NCBI GenBank assembly: GCA_964565945.1
Contig: CAZMGY010000030.1
Span: 56,381 to 88,380, forward strand
DNA: 32,000 nt
Source: an uncultured bacterium
Lineage (GTDB): Bacteria; GCA-001730085
Reading direction: 5' to 3'
In this document: in pieces, positions 24,785-32,000 of the stretch
Layout of the letters: the number at the start of each line of letters is the position of its first letter
Numbering within the stretch: position 1 is the first letter of the stretch
Notes under the pieces: generated by a model
The model's input: the letters and a program-made list of their open reading frames with translations, nothing else
Told to the model about the DNA's origin: nothing
The model's database searches: none
Translations under genes and position numbers: made by a program

Positions 24785-26980
24785 TTATAGGAGATTAAGC
24801 AAAGCCTCTTCGGAAGATACGGGTCGTTCACACTGGTGATCGCGGCAAACATAAACTTGGACTCCCTCTTCGGGAATAGGAAATTGATCAACAAAAGGAA
24901 CAAATTTCGACAAGTTCTTATCCTGTTTAATCCGATAGAGAATCACCATCCGAGGATCATAAGTGCAATCAACCACGTTTTTCATGGCGATGTAAGCTTC
25001 ATTCACTTCGGGTGCCACATAAACAAGTTCCCGGCTTGGCCCTATCGCGATATCCATCGCCATAAGCATTTGAGTAGTGCTAAAGGGCCCTTGTTTCAAT
25101 TCTTTGGCAAAGTAATTGAAAATTTTAAGAACCTTATCCTCAAAATACCCATGTCCTGTCAAACGGGCTAAACGAATCAGATTATAGGCAGCCACGGCGT
25201 TTCCCGAAGGAAGAGCGCCATCATAGGCCTCTTTTTGCTTTAAAACCAAATCTTTTGTTTCAAACGATGCATTGTAAAAAACCCCTTCGGGAGATTGAAA
25301 CAGCCTCAGCATCTGCTCATTCCAATGCAAAGCTTCTTGTAAATACTTGCTTTGAGCTGTCGCCATGTACAGTTCAATCAGACCACTCACAAAAAAAGCA
25401 TAATCATCAAGCATTCCAGGGATGATTTTGTGACCTTGGCGGTAACGATGCCACAGCTGACCTTGTTCATTAACCATTTGATCCAAAACAAACTGCGCCG
25501 CTCGCTCGGCCACCACAATCCAGCGATCATCTTGCAAAGTACGTCCCACATAGGCCATCGTAGCTATCATAAGACCATTCCAATCGGTCAAAATTTTGTC
25601 ATCGCGCAAAGGTCTGAGACGTTTCTCTCGGCGCTTAAAGAGCTTTATTTTTGCTTTTTTCAAAATGCGCCCTATCTTATCCACTTCTTTCTGAAACAAA
25701 GTAGCCAAGTTTTGATCACTGCGTACACGATGCAAAATATTCCACCCAACAAATTCACCCTGCGCATCAACCTTAACATTACCTTGAGATTGAACATCAT
25801 AGGCGGCTTTAAAGACAGCGGCTTCAATTGTACTCAAATGAGTATCGATTTCGACCTCTTGCCAAATGTAAAAGGCACCTTCTTTTTTGTGGACGGCCTC
25901 CTCACGCTCGTAACTATCAGCATCCTCGGCACTGTAGAAACCACCCTGAATGTCGGTCATATCACGAGCAATGTACTCTAAGGTTTCCAAAGCTTTATCT
26001 TTGTAATAGTCCTTCCGCGTGATCAAGTAGGTATCGGCTAAGGCTTTAATGTAAAGCGCTTGGTCGTACAACATTTTTTCAAAATGCGGCACATGCCACT
26101 GCTCATCGGTGGCATAGCGATGAATTCCACCCCCAAGATGATCATAAAGGCCACCGTCACTCATCGCAACAAGAGTCTCTTCCACCATTCGCAAAGCATC
26201 GGCATCCCCACCGCGGCTGTGCATCGCCAAAAGAAAGGACAAGGTGTGTGATTGAGGAAACTTCGGGGCTTCGCTAAAGCCTCCATATTGTTCGTCAAAA
26301 CGTTGCTGAATATCGCGTTTGGCCCAAAGCAGGTGATTATTGTCCCAAGAAATCTCTTGGTCGCGATTTTCGTTTTGCGTCACATCAATCACAGTTAACA
26401 AACGTTCACTGCTATCTTCGATTTCTCCCCGCTTTTCGGTCCACGCTACATGCAACTGCTTAAGGATGTTCAAAAATCCTGGACGCCCCCAGCGATCAGT
26501 GGGAGGAAAATAGGTTCCTCCATAAAAAGGTTTTTTTTCGGGCGTTAGAAACACCGATAGGGGCCACCCTCCTTGACTGGTCATTGCCTGAACCACATGC
26601 ATGTACAAGCTATCAATATCGGGCCGCTCTTCGCGATCTAACTTGATCGACACAAAGTGCTTATTCAAATAGACAGCAATCGTTTCATTTTCAAACGATT
26701 CTCGCTCCATCACATGACACCAATGGCATGTGGCATAACCAATCGACAAAAAAATAGGCTTATCTTCTTCGCGCGCTTTGGCAAAGGCTTCGTCTCCCCA
26801 TGGATACCAATCAACGGGATTATAAGCATGCTGCAACAGGTAAGGACTCTGCTCTTTGGCCAAACGATTAGCTTTGAATTTTCCTTGAACTGACTGCTGA
26901 AAAGATACACTCATCACAACTCCTATCATCAAGGTCCATACATATCTACGGATTCCCTGCCAACTCCCCCAAGCACACAT
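24785..26980 (-). CDS. thioredoxin-domain protein of the YyaL/DUF255 (SPATA20-like) family, with an N-terminal hydrophobic extension
   Basis: The signature is [29 protein letters not shown]...[17 protein letters not shown] long alpha/alpha-toroid-like C-terminal region follows. The first 33 aa ([33 protein letters not shown]) look like a signal or anchor. Confidence 0.85.
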   Translation of the reverse strand: MCAWGSWQGIRRYVWTLMIGVVMSVSFQQSVQGKFKANRLAKEQSPYLLQHAYNPVDWYPWGDEAFAKAREEDKPIFLSIGYATCHWCHVMERESFENETIAVYLNKHFVSIKLDREERPDIDSLYMHVVQAMTSQGGWPLSVFLTPEKKPFYGGTYFPPTDRWGRPGFLNILKQLHVAWTEKRGEIEDSSERLLTVIDVTQNENRDQEISWDNNHLLWAKRDIQQRFDEQYGGFSEAPKFPQSHTLSFLLAMHSRGGDADALRMVEETLVAMSDGGLYDHLGGGIHRYATDEQWHVPHFEKMLYDQALYIKALADTYLITRKDYYKDKALETLEYIARDMTDIQGGFYSAEDADSYEREEAVHKKEGAFYIWQEVEIDTHLSTIEAAVFKAAYDVQSQGNVKVDAQGEFVGWNILHRVRSDQNLATLFQKEVDKIGRILKKAKIKLFKRREKRLRPLRDDKILTDWNGLMIATMAYVGRTLQDDRWIVVAERAAQFVLDQMVNEQGQLWHRYRQGHKIIPGMLDDYAFFVSGLIELYMATAQSKYLQEALHWNEQMLRLFQSPEGVFYNASFETKDLVLKQKEAYDGALPSGNAVAAYNLIRLARLTGHGYFEDKVLKIFNYFAKELKQGPFSTTQMLMAMDIAIGPSRELVYVAPEVNEAYIAMKNVVDCTYDPRMVILYRIKQDKNLSKFVPFVDQFPIPEEGVQVYVCRDHQCERPVSSEEALLNLL

Positions 26981-26987
26981 AAGAGCC

Positions 26988-28019
26988 TTAATCCCCCAAA
27001 AGTATAGCCGCCCAACGGGTTTCGTCTTGTGCCTCTAACGCAACTTTGATTGTCATTGTCAACGGAATCGATAAGACCATACCCATAGGTCCCAAAATCC
27101 AACCCCAAAAGATCAAGGACATAAACACCACCAAAGTCGACAAACCTAGTCCTTTGCCCATCCACCTCGGCTCAACCACATTAGCCATTACAAAGTTAAT
27201 AAGGACATAGCCAATCAAAATCACAATAGCTTGATGCCAGCTATACTGAACCATCGCCAAAATAATCGGCGGAACAGACGCTATAACAGACCCTATATTT
27301 GGAATATAATTAAGTAAAAAGGCTACCAACCCCCATAAAACAGGGTAGTCAAGCCCAACCCACAGCACTACGATATAAGCCAACACACCTGTGATAAAAC
27401 TCACCAAAGTCTTAATACCTATGTAGTGCCGCACCCCCTGCACAAACTTATGATAAGGCTCTAACAATGCATTATGCGATTTCGATATTCTTTTGATCTT
27501 TAAGGGAAAGCTCGAAGCCTCAAGCAAAATAAAAGTCGCGATAATAAAAATTAAAAGACCATTGGCTAAAGCATTACCAACACCATTCAACATCCTCGAT
27601 GTAAACTTCATCACCGAACCAACATTAAGCATTTTACTTAAACTCACTTGCGCGGTCTCGAAACCCCATTCCACCAATTTTTCATCAATATTGACCATTT
27701 GTTGACGAAACTGAGCTTCATAGGTCGGCACATTATCAGAAAAACCTTGCACCGAAGCACCAATCAATCCCGCAAGCGCCACTCCACCTAAAAAGATGAG
27801 CAACACAACTAAGCCAAAAGCCAATCCTTGTGGACAACCTTTCTCTTGTAACCAAAACATCGGCGACGCAAAAACAACAGCAATAAACACCGCAAACAAA
27901 AAAGGAACTAAAATCGTCTTTGCGGCCATCATTCCAGCCATAATGATAATCACAGCAGCTGTCGTTAAAAATATCATCGACGTTCGATACAGGGGTTGAA
28001 AACTCGCTCCACCCATCAT
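26988..28019 (-). CDS. AI-2E family transporter (PerM/YhhT-like permease)
   Basis: 343 aa and polytopic, with the conserved block [20 protein letters not shown] and the C-terminal PLTMTIKV. Confidence 0.85.
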   Translation of the reverse strand: MMGGASFQPLYRTSMIFLTTAAVIIIMAGMMAAKTILVPFLFAVFIAVVFASPMFWLQEKGCPQGLAFGLVVLLIFLGGVALAGLIGASVQGFSDNVPTYEAQFRQQMVNIDEKLVEWGFETAQVSLSKMLNVGSVMKFTSRMLNGVGNALANGLLIFIIATFILLEASSFPLKIKRISKSHNALLEPYHKFVQGVRHYIGIKTLVSFITGVLAYIVVLWVGLDYPVLWGLVAFLLNYIPNIGSVIASVPPIILAMVQYSWHQAIVILIGYVLINFVMANVVEPRWMGKGLGLSTLVVFMSLIFWGWILGPMGMVLSIPLTMTIKVALEAQDETRWAAILLGD

Positions 28020-28021
28020 GG

Positions 28022-30049
<2,028 letters not shown>

Positions 30050-30056
30050 CTATGAA

Positions 30057-32000
30057 TTACGCTCGATATAAGACCTCGAGAGAATCACTAAAACTCTCCA
30101 ATAAATCACGCTGCGTTTCGGCCCAAAAATCAATATCTTCTCCTTCGGTTTGCAACAAAGAATCATAAATTTCAGGCAATGTCACAGTGTCCAAAAAGGC
30201 TATTAAAGTACGGTATTCATTCACCTTTTTCACCCCTTCTTGCTCAAGTTTATCAGCGTAAGCTTTCATCGCGTTCAAAGCCTTTGCCCACTCTTCTCGC
30301 GGTGTCGTAGCAATGGCGTAAAGCAAGCTGTGCATTTCTAAAACAATCGGTGATTGTTGAGCATAAAACGTTTGGAGTTTCGTATCGCCAGCGATCATAA
30401 GCTGCCACATCTCATTTCGCATCATGAAACGCATCAAAGCTCCAGGCAATTGAAAAACGCTAGGGTGCACTGTAATCTCATTTATAGTCTTTCCATAAAT
30501 ATTAGCTGGCGTATTTTGAGCCAACGAACTTTGTTTAGGATTAACCCGAACATGACCAACAAAGTCAGTCATACCCCAGTCCTCCAGGGTCCGCTGCGAA
30601 ACAGATGTCCCTCCTGAATAAACTTCTGTTCGAGGGAGAACTGGCATCAACATGAAACCTGAATTTTCACGTCCTCCCATTGCAGAATCCTTTTGAAGCA
30701 TATCCCATGGCGCCATCGATACTATCTCCTTAAATGCAAGGAGCGTACGCATACTATTTCTCATAGATTCAATGGCTAATAGTCCCAACTCCGATACCTC
30801 CCCTCTAACGCCCCATAGATCCTTATTTACAAAGATATCCAAAACCTGGTCCCATAACTCTGTCCAAACATTGTAAATACTGTGATCCCATATAACAATT
30901 CCGGCGGCATACCCTGGGAAATAGCTCTTAACCATAGTAGAAAACCTTACCACCATAGGACCTACCTCATTCAGCTCATGACCAACACTAATATCGCTCA
31001 AGGTATCTCCCAGAACTCCTATATTTTGCACCAAGCCATTCAAAAAACTATAGTATGTTAGCCATTCTTGACCTTGAAAGCGAATATCAAACTCGACGTG
31101 CTCTTTCATTTCCTGAAATAGCTGATGCATACTCTCAACTTGCTGATGCATAGCCTCAACTTGCTGACCTAAAGTCACCGTAGCATCAGAGATATTGTTA
31201 CTAGCTCTTTGAAAAATCCACATTTGCAAAGAGCCCTTAAATTCTTCCATTAAACGAACTATTTTCTCATTAGTATTGGGCAACACCTTATGACCTTTAA
31301 AAGCCATCGTCTCTTGCAGGGCTTTCCGGAACTCGTTGGGCTGAAGTACACATGAACTTAAAAGCGCTTCGTTGCTCACAATAATCTCCCACAACTCCTC
31401 CCATTCTGTCGTCCACTTCTCAAAAACATCTTGATCATAAACAGGCAGCACTCGGGCTTCCCTGGGCACAATACGGCATAGGGCGTCTAGCAACGAAGGT
31501 AGTATATCCTGAGATAACCCCCCCCTCAACAGACTTCCCAACAGAATCAACTCTTGCGTCAATTGGTTAAGAAACTTCTGATATTGCAACCACTCTTGGC
31601 CACGATTCTTCAAGTTTTCATTAACTTCCCCTCTCATCTTTTGAGCTATCTTTTTAATAGCTTCGGAACATTGACGTATTTGATCCAGAAGAGACGCCTC
31701 CTTTACGTCCTTCTCCTCGTAATCTAAAGCAGGGTTCTGAGAGACCTCAAAAATGTAGTTTTTTAAAACACCTTTAAAATTTTGGACCAAGCGATTTATT
31801 TGTTCATCATAGCCCTGTAACCCACTCCAAAGCTCACCCCATACAACCTTCCATTTCTTCTGAGCAGTTGGACTATTTAAGGGAAAACGAGCTAAAATAG
31901 TTTGGAATCCTTCAGAAGCTCTTCGCCATGAAGCATCGTCTCCTTGAACATCTTCGCTCCAACCCAGCATTGCTTTTATCAAAGCTTGTGACTTATCGGA
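30057..32000 (-). CDS. large hypothetical protein built from ~179-aa repeats (5' end probably outside the window)
   Basis: The ORF-track start at 31982 is TTG. The frame stays open upstream to position 32000 (...SDKSQA-LIKAMLGW), so the gene likely continues beyond the edge. I recognised no enzymatic motif. It contains an internal duplication and a 21-bp tandem repeat (see findings). Confidence 0.6.
   Translation of the reverse strand, partial: SDKSQALIKAMLGWSEDVQGDDASWRRASEGFQTILARFPLNSPTAQKKWKVVWGELWSGLQGYDEQINRLVQNFKGVLKNYIFEVSQNPALDYEEKDVKEASLLDQIRQCSEAIKKIAQKMRGEVNENLKNRGQEWLQYQKFLNQLTQELILLGSLLRGGLSQDILPSLLDALCRIVPREARVLPVYDQDVFEKWTTEWEELWEIIVSNEALLSSCVLQPNEFRKALQETMAFKGHKVLPNTNEKIVRLMEEFKGSLQMWIFQRASNNISDATVTLGQQVEAMHQQVESMHQLFQEMKEHVEFDIRFQGQEWLTYYSFLNGLVQNIGVLGDTLSDISVGHELNEVGPMVVRFSTMVKSYFPGYAAGIVIWDHSIYNVWTELWDQVLDIFVNKDLWGVRGEVSELGLLAIESMRNSMRTLLAFKEIVSMAPWDMLQKDSAMGGRENSGFMLMPVLPRTEVYSGGTSVSQRTLEDWGMTDFVGHVRVNPKQSSLAQNTPANIYGKTINEITVHPSVFQLPGALMRFMMRNEMWQLMIAGDTKLQTFYAQQSPIVLEMHSLLYAIATTPREEWAKALNAMKAYADKLEQEGVKKVNEYRTLIAFLDTVTLPEIYDSLLQTEGEDIDFWAETQRDLLESFSDSLEVLYRA
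31121..31166. repeat. 21-bp tandem repeat, 2.2 copies, in frame (QQVEAMH/QQVESMH)
   Basis: Plus-strand units are atgcatactctcaacttgctg (31125-31145) and atgcatagcctcaacttgctg (31146-31166), differing at 2 positions. A partial gctg precedes them at 31121-31124. Confidence 0.85.

Noticed and set aside
25352-25981. 209-aa plus-strand ORF, the longest antisense ORF in the window.
   Set aside because: It lies fully inside the well-supported yyaL-family gene on the opposite strand. I saw no recognisable domain or ribosome-binding site.

Overview
This is an AT-rich bacterial chromosomal segment (roughly 40% GC by eye, not computed). It holds about 30 protein genes, all on the minus strand, many joined by 4-nt ATGA/TTGA start-stop overlaps. 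One small plus-strand ORF falls below the 60-aa cutoff of the ORF track. From left to right the window contains the following. (1) trxB. (2) A CBS / korA / korB 2-oxoacid:ferredoxin oxidoreductase operon in which KorB carries an extra C-terminal CBS pair. (3) rlmH, surE, an MsbA-like ABC exporter and a GT17-like glycosyltransferase. (4) A secreted jelly-roll protein, gspG, and a jelly-roll + NHL propeller protein. (5) HAD, ArsC-like and thioredoxin-like genes. (6) A 48-aa Cys-rich signal-peptide ORF, the only plus-strand gene. (7) An MTA/SAH-nucleosidase-family gene. (8) A decayed hsdS fragment beside two related palindromes. (9) A tightly coupled operon of TPR, GspH/I/J/K-like, RmlD-like and AsmA-like genes. 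Its GspK-like member is double-sized, with a lamin-tail-domain-like insert and an EF-hand loop, and its RmlD-like member has lost the catalytic triad. (10) Aspartate dehydrogenase, panD and panC. (11) A YyaL-like thioredoxin-domain protein, an AI-2E permease and ligA. (12) A large repeat-built hypothetical protein that runs off the right edge. I saw no rRNA, tRNA, CRISPR array, transposase or integrase. All functional calls rest on motif recognition by eye; no database search was possible. Several ORF-track starts are TTG/GTG codons, and I moved those to nearby ATGs where the sequence supported it. The best candidate for something undescribed is the split pseudopilin system (9518-12215 plus 15282-22670). 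The CBS-decorated KorAB operon is second.
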